64,000 bases of DNA from an uncultured Clostridia bacterium (GTDB lineage Bacteria; Bacillota; Clostridia; TANB77; CAG-508). A program made the translations under genes and the position numbers. The notes below the pieces were generated by a model that saw nothing but the letters and a program-made list of their open reading frames with translations, did no database searches and had not been told where the DNA came from. The stretch's first letter is position 1. Each line of letters opens with the position of its first letter. The DNA is taken from positions 11,652 to 75,651 of the forward strand of contig CANQGU010000003.1 in NCBI GenBank assembly GCA_947623465.1, in the 5' to 3' direction. Below, one piece after another: positions 31,754 to 42,190 of the stretch.

Positions 31754-32671
31754 TTATTCTTTCGTATTATTCTTTTCTTTTAATTTCCTTAAGCTTTTTT
31801 CATTTATCTGACTTTTTTTTGTTAATTTATTATCATCTACATATTTATAATTTAATGCATTTTGTTTTGTTATTACAGTTCTTCCTAATTCTTTTTCTAA
31901 ATCATTGCGAGTATGCTTGGCAATTTTTCCACCACGCTTTGCTATTTCTCTATTTTCTTTTAATCCATAAGGTTTATGTTCTTTCGCAAGTTCTCTTGCT
32001 GCAATTTCTCCTAAATCTGTTAATTCCACTTCTATATCTGTCATATTATCTCTTAATGATTCTTTTCTAATTCCTTTATATTCTTTATATTCACTATCTT
32101 TCATACCAGACCATTCTTGATATATTTCATTTGTAAGTATTCCATATTCATAATCTTTTGTTATGCCATTTTCTTTCCATATATCAGTCAATTTACGTCT
32201 ATCTACAACTCCTGTTAGTCTTGCCTTGATCCATTTGTCATCATAACCTTTGGCTCTATAATAATCTACTGCGCGGTTTACTGCAATTTCTGGATCAAAT
32301 ACTTCATCTATTCTTTCCTTTCCCATTTGAGCAAGCCATAGTTTAAAAGGTTCTGCCTTTGGACTTGGTACAGATTCAATAAGTCTTAAAATTCCTTTTG
32401 TATCTAATACATCATGACTATAATATTTTCCATCTTTAGATTTTAGTTTGAGTTGACTACAATTTGTAGTCAACTCAGAACCTTCTTTCTTTAAACGAGT
32501 CTTTAATACAGACCAATATTTTCTTGGCTCTTTACTATCAGTCAAAGCATTAATTACATCAACTACACTAAAGAAGTATTCTTCTTTTTCTGCATCCCAA
32601 ACACTTCTTATCTCTTTTCCTTCAAAAAGTTTTGAAATTGTTTCTAATTTATTATCTTTCATTAACAACAC
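31754..32671 (-). CDS. Bro-N domain protein (phage antirepressor-like)
   Basis: FEGKEIRSVWDAEKEEYFFSVVDVINALT...RKYWSVLK pattern. Confidence 0.6.
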   Translation of the reverse strand: MLLMKDNKLETISKLFEGKEIRSVWDAEKEEYFFSVVDVINALTDSKEPRKYWSVLKTRLKKEGSELTTNCSQLKLKSKDGKYYSHDVLDTKGILRLIESVPSPKAEPFKLWLAQMGKERIDEVFDPEIAVNRAVDYYRAKGYDDKWIKARLTGVVDRRKLTDIWKENGITKDYEYGILTNEIYQEWSGMKDSEYKEYKGIRKESLRDNMTDIEVELTDLGEIAARELAKEHKPYGLKENREIAKRGGKIAKHTRNDLEKELGRTVITKQNALNYKYVDDNKLTKKSQINEKSLRKLKEKNNTKE

Positions 32672-32836
32672 ACCCTTTTATAAATATTTAGTTTTTACTA
32701 CATCTACTACTATTTATAAAACTACTTTTATTATTTTAACAAAACTATTGTTTGTATTATATTTCAAATTTTGTCATTTGTCAACATATTTTACTTTTTT
32801 GTACAAAAAAAAAAGCAGTTCGAATAGAACTACTTG

Positions 32837-33145
32837 TGGTGGGCAAGGATGGATTCGAACCATCGTACGCTCTCGCGGCCAGATTTCTTACTACTATAGT
32901 TTTCACTACCATTTACATGTTTGTAGTCTGGACTTTCTCTTTATCTTTACTTATAAAAGATACCAGGTATAAAGTCTCTACACTCGGAATTTCTTCCTAG
33001 CTCGGGATTATCATCAGCTTAACCTGTTAAGACTTCCCCGAATTAGCCTAGTTATCATCATATAATCACTTATATGAGCTGCAAATTTAGGTATTTGTTA
33101 CCAAAGACCACAGTCTGGTGCCATTAACCACTCGACCACTTGCCC
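32837..33145 (-). tRNA. tRNA-Tyr(GUA), type II, interrupted by a 223-nt group I intron (exons 33145..33110 and 32886..32837)
   Basis: The acceptor GGGCAAG/CTTGCCC, A73-CCA, T arm GATGG-TTCGAAT-CCATC, long variable arm CCGCGAGAGCG and anticodon stem CCAGA/TCTGG are all present. The stem halves are separated by 223 nt. The only join with a U before and a G at the end of the insert gives the loop CTGTAAA. Confidence 0.85.
32887..33109 (-). ncRNA. group I intron (IC3-like) in the anticodon loop
   Basis: The 5' exon ends in U and the intron ends in G. The core segments AATTCGGGGAAG, CCCGAGCTAGG and GTGTAGAGACT resemble the tRNA-intron (Azoarcus-type) catalytic core as I recall it. Confidence 0.7.
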
Positions 33146-33298
33146 ATTTTTGTGTTTTTTGCAAAACACTTTTTTATTATAAGCTTTATAAAACAATTTG
33201 TCAAGACTTTTTGTCAAATTTTTTAAACTCAGTCGCTAAATATCAAAACAGCTCATCTGATTAATAATAAAAGCGACTGAGCAATGCTCAGTCAAATT

Positions 33299-34196
33299 TT
33301 ATATAATACTTGCCCCTATCATACCAGCATCATTTCCAAATTCAGCGGACTCAATTACTATATCCTCTCTTGGGTTAAACAACAAATTTGAATTCAATAT
33401 TTTCTGTTTAAGAGGTTCTAGAAGAATATAATCATATCTAGCAAAACCACCGCCAATAATAACTGAATCAGGTTCAAAAATATTTATTAAATTAGATAAC
33501 CCCAAAGCCAAATCATTTATATATTCTTCCTGAATATCTAAAATTTTATCCCCTGCTTTTTTCATTTCAGCCCTTAAATCATGTCCAGAAATCTCATAAG
33601 ATAAACCTAATCTTTCTATAATTTTGCGTTTAAATGCTAAAATACCTGCATACTTTTCAAAGCATCCTTTTTTACCACAATTGCATAACAATCCATTTTC
33701 TTTTATTATCATATGTCCAAACTCAAAACCTTCAAAATTAGAGCCTTCCATTAAGCTTCCATTGTATATATATGCTCCTCCAATTCCTGTTCCAAGTGTT
33801 AAAAACAAAACATTTTTATAATTTTTGCATTTCCCAAATTTGTATTCTGCAAGGGCTGCGCATTTTGCATCATTTTTTACATTTACTTTTAGTCCTGTTT
33901 CTTTTTCAAGTTTTTCGGTTATATTATATTCCTTTATCCCTAAGTTAACAGATTTTAAAACAGTTCCTTTTGATATAGAACCTGCCATACCTAAGCCAAA
34001 TTTTTCAAATTCATATTTTTCTTTTAATTTATTAATTATTTCTACAATATAGCCGAATTGCAACTTCAATTAAATTTTCTTTTTCTTTTATTGTAAAGTC
34101 TTTTTCAAATTGTTCTTTTATTTTACCATTGTTGTCAACAACTCCAATTGACACGTGGCTTCCACCTAAATCTATTCCTATATTTACTTTCTCCAT
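33299..34196 (-). CDS. glcK: ROK family glucokinase; needs a +1 shift at CGG 34055..34053
   Basis: MEKVNIGIDLGGSHVSIGVVD...LIEVAI-CGG, and the +1 frame reads GYIVEIINKL...GLGMAGS...LGTGIGG...CNCGKKGCFE (the ROK motif). Confidence 0.8.
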
Positions 34197-34209
34197 AGTA
34201 AACCACCCT

Positions 34210-35553
34210 TTATAAGTACGCATCGAACAAGAAATTTCCCATGTAAACTTGAATCATTGGAACTACTACAACTATAACGAAGAATATTAAAATTACACCT
34301 ACTATTGAATACATAACTTGAGGTAAAGTTTTCATTACCTTTTCCATAGTATTTTCTATATCTATTTGCATATACTCAACTAATTTCTCCATCATTTCTG
34401 CAAGGTCAGTCTGCATACCTATTTTAAGCATCTCTGTAACCATAGGAGAAGCTAGCCCTGATTTTTCCAAAGGTTCAATCCAAGATTGACCTATAAGTAA
34501 GTTCTTTAATGAGTTTTCTAGTATTGAAAGCATAACATAGTTATTTACAACATTTTTACTTACTTCCATTGCCTCTTGTATTCTCATTCCATTTTTCAAA
34601 TTTAAAAGCATAGCTTTCATTATTCTTGAAAGATCAATTGAAAATATAAGTTTACCAAAAATCGGCATTGTATATTTAAAATAATGGAATCTATATCTTC
34701 CTTTAGGAGTATGAACATACCAAACTATTGCGGCAGTAACTCCTATAACTAGCATTAACGGTACCTGCCAATGAGTAACTGCATAATTTACAACATTTTG
34801 AAACCATATTGTTATTGCAGGAAGTGTAGATGAAGTTCCAACCTCATCAAATACTTTTTGAATTTGAGGTAAGGCAAATAATGTACCAACTATTAACATT
34901 ACAAATAGTAATACAAATTGAACTAAGTTTGGTATTAATATTCCTCTAAGTTTTCTACCAATTTTTTCTGTATCTTCCAAATATTCTCTAGCTTGATATA
35001 ATGCATTTTCTAGAGATCCTGATAATTCTCCAACCCTTATCATATTTATATATATGTATGGGAATACGTTTGAATAGTATTCCATTGTTTTGTACATATA
35101 ATCTCCTGCTTCAACACCTGCTAATATATCGTCTAATATATCAACTAAAGTTAAGTTTTCTGTACTTTCTATAATAGTAGATAAAGCATGTACGTTGTTG
35201 AAGTTTGCTTTTTTTAGTAGATAAAAGTTTTCTGTAAATATAGATAAGTCTCTTGATGTAACTTTTTGTTCTGTACCTAAGTATTTATTTATTTTATCTT
35301 TCCAAGTTAGTTGTCTTCTGTTATCATTTATATCAACTGTTGTATCAAGATCTTGTATAGAGGTTTTTATTGTTGATACATTTCTTCTTTTCTTTTTATT
35401 TGCATTTCTTCTGGTTGCAGTTTGAGTTACAGAAATAGGCTGTAAACCATTAGCTTTTAATTTTTTTATTAAAATTAATCTATTTGGTTCTTCAACTTTA
35501 TTACTAACTACTTGTCCTGTTTCAGTTAAAGCTTTATAGTTAAATGTTGCCAT
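34210..35553 (-). CDS. pilC: type IV pilus platform protein PilC (GspF family)
   Basis: 447 aa with duplicated GspF-type domains and three TM segments. Confidence 0.8.
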   Translation of the reverse strand: MATFNYKALTETGQVVSNKVEEPNRLILIKKLKANGLQPISVTQTATRRNANKKKRRNVSTIKTSIQDLDTTVDINDNRRQLTWKDKINKYLGTEQKVTSRDLSIFTENFYLLKKANFNNVHALSTIIESTENLTLVDILDDILAGVEAGDYMYKTMEYYSNVFPYIYINMIRVGELSGSLENALYQAREYLEDTEKIGRKLRGILIPNLVQFVLLFVMLIVGTLFALPQIQKVFDEVGTSSTLPAITIWFQNVVNYAVTHWQVPLMLVIGVTAAIVWYVHTPKGRYRFHYFKYTMPIFGKLIFSIDLSRIMKAMLLNLKNGMRIQEAMEVSKNVVNNYVMLSILENSLKNLLIGQSWIEPLEKSGLASPMVTEMLKIGMQTDLAEMMEKLVEYMQIDIENTMEKVMKTLPQVMYSIVGVILIFFVIVVVVPMIQVYMGNFLFDAYL

Positions 35554-35649
35554 TTTTTCCTCCTACATATCAAAATTTATATTCTTCTTACACTATCAAG
35601 TTTTATTTTGAATTGCATTTAAATATTGTTGCACTATCAAATTTTATTT

Positions 35650-36759
35650 TTATCTTCTTGCACTATCATGTTTTATTTTTAATTGCATTATTGTTCTGTT
35701 TAAAATCTCTATGTTCTTTTCTTCAATTTGAGCTTTTGCTTGATCTAATGTTATTCTTCCTTCTATAAATAAACTTGCCAAAGAATTTACTAAACCAATA
35801 CTTCCTTTTTCGCTATTACTTTGTATTGCATCTTCTATTTCTGATACACTTATTTTTTCTCTCCTAATTATACCTGCAACGATATTATCAACTACCATAA
35901 CTTCTGGAACTAGAACCAATTTATTATCCATATCAGGTAGTAATCTTTGAGATATAACAAGTTTTAAAATTGATGATAACATATATTTTATTTGTGATTG
36001 TTCTTTTACTTCATAGAAGTTTATCATTCTGTCTATTGTTTCTGCGCAAGATTTTGTATGTAATGTACCTATTACTAAGTGTCCTGATTCTGCCATTTCT
36101 ATTGCAGCTTCCATTGTAACTTTGTCTCTTATTTCTCCAATTACTAATATATCGCAGTCTTCTCTTAGAGAGTTTTTTACACCTTCGTGATAACTTAATG
36201 TATCTCTTGCTAACCCAACTTCTTTTTGAACAATTATTGATTTTTTAGAATGATGTTTATATTCTATAGGGTTTTCTAGTGATAATATTTTTTTATTTTG
36301 ATTTTCGTTTATTTCGTTTATTAAAGCACTTAATGTTGTACTTTTACCAGAGTTTGTTTTTCCTGTAACTAAAATCAAACCTTGTGTTTGAAAAGTCATT
36401 CTTCTTACAACATCTGGAACACCTAAAGATTCGTAAGTTGGTAATTCATTTTTTATAAGTCTTAATGTTGCAACAGGAACTCCTTCTGTTGATGAAATAT
36501 TTACCCTAAAACGAATTCCCCCATACTCGTAAAGAGTGTCTAATGCTCTTGTTTCTTTGTAAACTTTATCTGCTTCTATATTTCCCTTTACTAAAAAATC
36601 GTATATTTCTGTCATATCTTCTGGTGTTAAAATATTTTCACAGTCACTTGGAACTAACCTTCTTGCAATTCTAAGCATTGTTCTATTTTCTGGTATAAAA
36701 TGAATATCTGATGCATCTTTTTTTATTGCCTCATCGAAAATTTTATTAACATTAACCAT
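35650..36759 (-). CDS. pilT: type IV pilus retraction ATPase PilT
   Basis: GKTNSGKSTT Walker A, and ILVIGEIRD and GHLVIGTLHT motifs. Confidence 0.85.
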   Translation of the reverse strand: MVNVNKIFDEAIKKDASDIHFIPENRTMLRIARRLVPSDCENILTPEDMTEIYDFLVKGNIEADKVYKETRALDTLYEYGGIRFRVNISSTEGVPVATLRLIKNELPTYESLGVPDVVRRMTFQTQGLILVTGKTNSGKSTTLSALINEINENQNKKILSLENPIEYKHHSKKSIIVQKEVGLARDTLSYHEGVKNSLREDCDILVIGEIRDKVTMEAAIEMAESGHLVIGTLHTKSCAETIDRMINFYEVKEQSQIKYMLSSILKLVISQRLLPDMDNKLVLVPEVMVVDNIVAGIIRREKISVSEIEDAIQSNSEKGSIGLVNSLASLFIEGRITLDQAKAQIEEKNIEILNRTIMQLKIKHDSARR

Positions 36760-36773
36760 TTTCTTTTGTCCTC

Positions 36774-38423
36774 CTATATATTATTATAAATTATCAACTT
36801 TTTATTTAATTCATCAAGGTTTGTAATACCCTCTAAAACTTTGTTTACACCATCTATAATTAGTGGTCTATATTCTTTTTCCATTGCTGCTTTTCTTATT
36901 TCTATACTAGATTTTCCTTGTAAAATTAATTCTCTTATATCATCATCTATATTTAATACTTCAAATATACCAATTCTTTCATAGTAACCTGAACCATTAC
37001 ATTTATCACAGCCAACTGCATCATAAGTTTTTAATTTTTTCAAATCAAATTCTACATTATATTTTTTGCCAATCTTTTCAATAACTTCTTTTTCAAAGTC
37101 TGTAAATTCTCTTTCTTTTCTACAATTTGGGCAAAGTCTTCTTAATAATCTTTGAGATATTGAAGTTCCAAGTGTACTTGCTATATCGTAATCTGCTAAG
37201 CCCATTTTTCTAAGTCTTGTTACAACCTCTACTGCATCTAGTGTATGTATTGTTGATAATACATAGTGTCCTGTTTGAGAAGCTTGAGTTGCAATTTCTG
37301 CAGTTTCTTTATCTCTTATTTCTCCAAGTAGTATTACATCTGGGTCTTGTCTTAATATTGTTCTTAAACTGTCTGCAAATCTAACATTTTTCTCTATTTC
37401 TATTTGGTTAAGCCCCGGAATTCTAATTTCAACTGGGTCTTCTATTGTTGTTATGTTTACACTATCATCTTTTAAATAGTCTAATATACTATATAAAGTT
37501 GTTGTTTTACCCTCTCCTGTAGGAGCAGCCATTATTGTTAAAGTATTTCTTTTATTTACTGTTTTATTTAATTCTTCTTCAGAATATGGATATCCAAGGT
37601 CAAAAATATTTCTTATGCTGTCTGTCTTTTTAAGCATTCTTAAAACAAATTTTTCACCATATATATTTTTTTGTGAAGAAACACGGATATTAAAATTATC
37701 GTATAATAAAATTCTACCATCTTGTGATTCTTGCTTTTCTTGATGCATATTTGATATTGCTTTAAGTCTTCCTATTATTTGAGGTTGTTTATCTTTTGCA
37801 ATATTTGCCATTACATATAATTCACCATCTATTCTAAAACGGATTCTTACTGAATCTAATTGTGGCTCTATATGTATATCTGAAGCTCTTTTTTCAATTG
37901 CAAGTTTTATTATATTATCCAATAATTCTGTTACTGTACTTGCTTCTTCTATATCTTCTGTTACTTCTTCTGCATTTCCACTAAGACCTTCTATCATTTC
38001 CATTATGTTAGATTCTAATGCAATATATGGATCTAAAACTAGTCCTCTATTTAACACTAGCATCTTTACATTTTTCATATTATTTTTATTTTCAGCAATA
38101 TCTGCAAAAGCTATTTTTATTTTTCCTGATTCAATTGCAAAAGGCATTGCTTTATATTCTTTCATCATATCTATTGGGAGATAGTCTACAGGATCAAGAA
38201 ATAGTTTATGTTCTGTTAAATAAACTGTTTTTTCTCCAAGAATTTCTCCCATTTCTTTTAATAATTTTTCTGGTTCTACTTCATTTAATATATATAAAAT
38301 ATCACCTATTTTTTTCTTTGGATGTTCTGATTGATATTCAAGTGCTCTTTCAATTGCTTCTCCAGATACAACTCCACGTCTTACTAATTCAATTCCTAAT
38401 GGTTGTTTTCTATTATTTTCCAT
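36774..38423 (-). CDS. pilB: type IV pilus assembly ATPase PilB (GspE family)
   Basis: APTGEGKTTT Walker A, ILLGEIRD, GHYVLSTIHT and a tetra-Cys motif. Confidence 0.85.
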   Translation of the reverse strand: MENNRKQPLGIELVRRGVVSGEAIERALEYQSEHPKKKIGDILYILNEVEPEKLLKEMGEILGEKTVYLTEHKLFLDPVDYLPIDMMKEYKAMPFAIESGKIKIAFADIAENKNNMKNVKMLVLNRGLVLDPYIALESNIMEMIEGLSGNAEEVTEDIEEASTVTELLDNIIKLAIEKRASDIHIEPQLDSVRIRFRIDGELYVMANIAKDKQPQIIGRLKAISNMHQEKQESQDGRILLYDNFNIRVSSQKNIYGEKFVLRMLKKTDSIRNIFDLGYPYSEEELNKTVNKRNTLTIMAAPTGEGKTTTLYSILDYLKDDSVNITTIEDPVEIRIPGLNQIEIEKNVRFADSLRTILRQDPDVILLGEIRDKETAEIATQASQTGHYVLSTIHTLDAVEVVTRLRKMGLADYDIASTLGTSISQRLLRRLCPNCRKEREFTDFEKEVIEKIGKKYNVEFDLKKLKTYDAVGCDKCNGSGYYERIGIFEVLNIDDDIRELILQGKSSIEIRKAAMEKEYRPLIIDGVNKVLEGITNLDELNKKLIIYNNI

Positions 38424-38521
38424 AATAATACTTACTTCCTTTCTTTAGTTAATTACATTTTAATTATAATATATTTTTTTATAAAAGTCTTTACTTTTAT
38501 GAAATTACATAATATTTCCAA

Positions 38522-38977
38522 TTAAATGTCTACTTTAAAAGTATTTGAAAATGATCTATCATTTAATAAAAGATTTATTTTTATTGTTTCGTCTGCATAT
38601 TCGAATACCTTTTCCTCATTTTTTACATCTTTGCACAGCGCAATTTTTTTATTATCACTATTTCCTACTTTTATATAATAAATGCATCCATTTTTATTTA
38701 TATATTGATGTTCAGTTCCATCTGCAAATTCTATTATTAAAAAGTCTTCTTCTTCATTTTCAGCTGTCGATACAGATGTTATATTATTTGAATTTATGTC
38801 TTTTGTTAAATATGATAATACTTTGGAATATTGTTCTTCAGAGGTGTTTTTTTCTATCATAAGATTTGCTCTATTATAAAAATAAGTTGAAAAACTTCCT
38901 ATTATTCCTGCAACAATAATAAGTCCCAAAATATAAATAATTAATGATGTCATTGCTATACCTTTATTGGATTTCAA
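38522..38977 (-). CDS. minor pilin-like protein
   Basis: An N-terminal basic residue plus hydrophobic helix (KGIAMTSLIIYILGLII), within the pil cluster. Confidence 0.45.
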   Translation of the reverse strand: MKSNKGIAMTSLIIYILGLIIVAGIIGSFSTYFYNRANLMIEKNTSEEQYSKVLSYLTKDINSNNITSVSTAENEEEDFLIIEFADGTEHQYINKNGCIYYIKVGNSDNKKIALCKDVKNEEKVFEYADETIKINLLLNDRSFSNTFKVDI

Positions 38978-39069
38978 TTTGCGTATTCCTTTCTTATTTA
39001 ATTTTTTATTGACTTTTTATAGCTAGTCTTTAAAAATATTTAATTTTGTTTTGACTTTTATGATTTTGT

Positions 39070-39541
39070 TTAAGAATTATTTATAATTGTGCTTATATCT
39101 ATTGATTTTTCTTTATTTCCTACTGAATAAAATACAGTAACTTTTATTTTTTTTATTGTGTTTTGTGCTTGATTGTTATTATTTGTTAGAGCAATTTGTA
39201 TTTGGTAATGTTCTTCGTCATTTCCTTGAGCTTCATAATACATATAATCATAACCATCTTCTTCTGTATCATTGTTAGAATATTTAGATACATTATATTT
39301 TTCATTTAAATTTCCGAGTGAATTCACTTTCTTCTAAAGTAAGTCCATCAAATGAAGTTGATTTTGCAATTTCTATAACATCTGTTGCAATCTGCACAGC
39401 TTTTCCTTGTCTTCTTGCATAATTATTGTCTTTTAAAAAATTATATGCTACACCAAACATAACAGGAATTGTAGCTAAAAGGATAATTACTGCAATTGCG
39501 ACATCAAGTGTTGCAGCTCCTCTGTTTTTCTTTAGATTCAT
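39070..39541 (-). CDS. minor pilin-like protein; needs a +1 shift at CGG 39316..39314
   Basis: Track ORFs 39302..39541 and 39070..39327 join: ..LEESEFT-CGG, and the +1 frame reads GNLNEKYNVSKY.... The N-terminus RGAATLDVAIAVIILL is prepilin-like. Confidence 0.5.
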
Positions 39542-39565
39542 TTTGTTAGCATTCCTTTCTTATAA

Positions 39566-40375
39566 TTAATGATTTATAAAATATAAGTATCCTATAAAAC
39601 TCATAATATTGGCTATACCAAATAAATATCCAAATTTATATATTTCTAACATATTTTTGTGTTCTTTTTTTGATTTGTTTAAAGCATTTGATAAATAATG
39701 AATACATTTTACCAAACCAATCGCTATAAATGTAATTAATATAGTAGAAATTGTTACTATTTCGCCAGTATTTATTAACATTACGATTAATAACATTAGT
39801 ATTTGAAATAAATAACTTTCTTTTGCGTATTTTATTTGTTTTTCACAATCTATTATTAATAAAATTATTAATGTAACTAAATACATCACATATCTATATA
39901 TACTAGTTTGCCCCATTATGCATAGATATATTATGTATGCACAAGATACTGCAAAACTATAGTATAACACACTTTTTTCTATTCTTCTTTCTTCTTTATC
40001 TATTCCTGCAATTAAAAATATTGCAACTAAATAAAGTGCTATAAATGCAAATCTTATTATGTTTTTTAATGTTAAAGTATATATGCTTAATTTTAAACAT
40101 AATGCAATTAGCAAAAATGCTAAACCAAATGATATTTCTAGTATTAAATATCTTGGTCTTATTTTTTGCTTGCATTTTTTACATTTGCCACCTAAAAATA
40201 TGTAACTTAAAACTGGGATTAGTTCGAAAAATCCAAGTTTGTGTCCACAGTTTGGGCAAAATGAGTGAGTATATACTATGTCTATTTTTTTTGGTATCCT
40301 ATATACTGCGAGTGTGCAAAAGCTACCAAATAATGTTCCTATTATAAATATTATTATATAAAAAAAAACGTCCAT
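39566..40375 (-). CDS. pilD: prepilin peptidase (A24 family)
   Basis: N-terminal CPNCGHKL...GGKCKKCK zinc motif, polytopic. Confidence 0.8.
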   Translation of the reverse strand: MDVFFYIIIFIIGTLFGSFCTLAVYRIPKKIDIVYTHSFCPNCGHKLGFFELIPVLSYIFLGGKCKKCKQKIRPRYLILEISFGLAFLLIALCLKLSIYTLTLKNIIRFAFIALYLVAIFLIAGIDKEERRIEKSVLYYSFAVSCAYIIYLCIMGQTSIYRYVMYLVTLIILLIIDCEKQIKYAKESYLFQILMLLIVMLINTGEIVTISTILITFIAIGLVKCIHYLSNALNKSKKEHKNMLEIYKFGYLFGIANIMSFIGYLYFINH

Positions 40376-40453
40376 TTTTTATTGTATATGTTATTTTAAC
40401 ATATCTCCTCTTTATTTTTTTGTTTTTTATTTTTTATTTTTTATTTTTAAATT

Positions 40454-40484
40454 AAAGCATATGCATATAGCATGCATATGCTTT
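40454..40484 (-). terminator. stem-loop downstream of the major pilin gene (possible attenuating terminator)
   Basis: Stem AAAGCATATGCAT/ATGCATATGCTTT. There is no clear U tract on the minus strand. Confidence 0.3.
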
Positions 40485-40498
40485 TAATTTATTTAATA

Positions 40499-40966
40499 TT
40501 ATGTTGTAATTTTTGATGGTTCTGTCCATACAACCATTGAATTATTAGGATCAAAAGTAGCTTTAGTTTCCCATCCACTTAATTGTAATTTTAATGTTCC
40601 CGCTTCTTTTCCTAAATCTCCAGTAAATTCCATACCTTTTGGTAATTTACTTTTGCCATCAGTACCAACTAACTCATCAATAGCTGAATTAAGTGCGGTT
40701 GTTAAATCAGTTTCACCAGTAGCTTCTGTACCAGATCCACCATCAACATATTTATCTTTAAAGAATTTAGTTGCAGTTTGACTTACTGTTAAACTTATTT
40801 CATCAGCAGTATTCATTAACTTTGTTTTTACAGAAGCTTCTCTAGCATTTCCTAAAACTCCTCCTTCTCCTGAAAGCATTGCTATTGAAACACCTGCTAA
40901 AATTAATAGAACGATAATTGTAACAACTAACGCGATAAGTGTAATACCTTTTTGATTGTTTTTCAT
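40499..40966 (-). CDS. pilA: major type IV pilin (prepilin-type N-terminus)
   Basis: MKNNQKG/ITLIALVVTIIVLLILAG class III signal, 155 aa. Confidence 0.75.
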   Translation of the reverse strand: MKNNQKGITLIALVVTIIVLLILAGVSIAMLSGEGGVLGNAREASVKTKLMNTADEISLTVSQTATKFFKDKYVDGGSGTEATGETDLTTALNSAIDELVGTDGKSKLPKGMEFTGDLGKEAGTLKLQLSGWETKATFDPNNSMVVWTEPSKITT

Positions 40967-41041
40967 TGGTTTTCCTCCTTTATTTTATTTTTTTTATTTT
41001 GTCTTATACTAGATTTCTCTAATATAATGTTAAAAACTTGT

Positions 41042-41440
41042 TTATTTTGTGCCTGATTTATCAGAATAAACACTTGGCACTGTTCCGCTTTCTAATGTAT
41101 TTGTAGAATCTGTGCTTGATGAATTTCCATCAGGTTTTGCTTCTTCTGCATTGTATGGTCCAAATGGATTTGCTTTTCCCGGAACATAATCTTCTGTTGC
41201 TTGATAATTTTTTAAGTCTGAAGATGTTACTTCATATGTTAAAAGTATATCATCTTTACCCTCGTCTGAATCAACATCATCTTCAAGTAGTGTTTGTACA
41301 TCTTCGGTTGCAACATATGTTGTTACTTCTGGAACAACTTTTCTGTTTGGTATATATCTGTATAATAATATTGCTAAAACTAACATTGTAACCAAGCATA
41401 TTAAAAGCATTATAATTATTTCTTTTATTACTTTGCTCAT
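41042..41440 (-). CDS. hypothetical single-pass membrane protein of the pil cluster
   Basis: 132 aa with an N-terminal TM segment and an acidic extracellular part. Confidence 0.4.
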   Translation of the reverse strand: MSKVIKEIIIMLLICLVTMLVLAILLYRYIPNRKVVPEVTTYVATEDVQTLLEDDVDSDEGKDDILLTYEVTSSDLKNYQATEDYVPGKANPFGPYNAEEAKPDGNSSSTDSTNTLESGTVPSVYSDKSGTK

Positions 41441-41479
41441 AAAAGCCTCCTTATTTTTTGTATTTTTTCAATTTTTCTT

Positions 41480-42190
41480 TTAACTGTTTCCCTCAGGATC
41501 TTCTAAATAATCTCCTATTGTTTTCTCATCTTCTTCTGTAGTTTCTTCAGCATTTCCTTGTGTATTTTCTTCTTCTCCTTCTTTTGCTTCTTCTTTGTTT
41601 TCATCTTCTGTTTGGAATACAGAAATTGGTATACCTGTACAATCAAATGTTGCTGTTAACGTATTTCCAGGTGAAGTTATTGCAAAGTTTTCTATTTGAA
41701 ATCCTAATTTTGAATCATTTTCTATATCATATATAAAATCTGTAATTCCTGCGTATGATCCTCCAACATGGAACCTTAAATTATATAGGTTATTTTCTTT
41801 TTCTTCATCTGTAGATGATACATCTATTTTTAATGTACATCCTTCATCTTTGGCATAATTTCCTAATCTTGTCCACAAATATTCTATATCATATTTTTCT
41901 GTTTGTGTAACATAATTTGATGTTTGAGATGAAGAAAGTATTGCTTGATTTTCATATTCTGTTTTGGATTTTGTTAAATCATTTGCTGCACTTTTTATTT
42001 TGGTTTTGGATTTTTCGTATGTAATAATACTATCATTAGCTAATTCTTCGATTTTTTGGTCTATCTTTTTATTCTCTTCATGCAAATCCATAAATCCGTG
42101 TATGTCCACAGCACTTATTCCATTGATCATAAAAAATCCAGAAAATATTAATAATAAACAAACTACAACAATTAATAATATTTTTCTCAT
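41480..42190 (-). CDS. PilO-like pilus assembly protein
   Basis: N-terminal TM segment plus a coiled coil, positioned after pilN. Confidence 0.45.
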   Translation of the reverse strand: MRKILLIVVVCLLLIFSGFFMINGISAVDIHGFMDLHEENKKIDQKIEELANDSIITYEKSKTKIKSAANDLTKSKTEYENQAILSSSQTSNYVTQTEKYDIEYLWTRLGNYAKDEGCTLKIDVSSTDEEKENNLYNLRFHVGGSYAGITDFIYDIENDSKLGFQIENFAITSPGNTLTATFDCTGIPISVFQTEDENKEEAKEGEEENTQGNAEETTEEDEKTIGDYLEDPEGNS

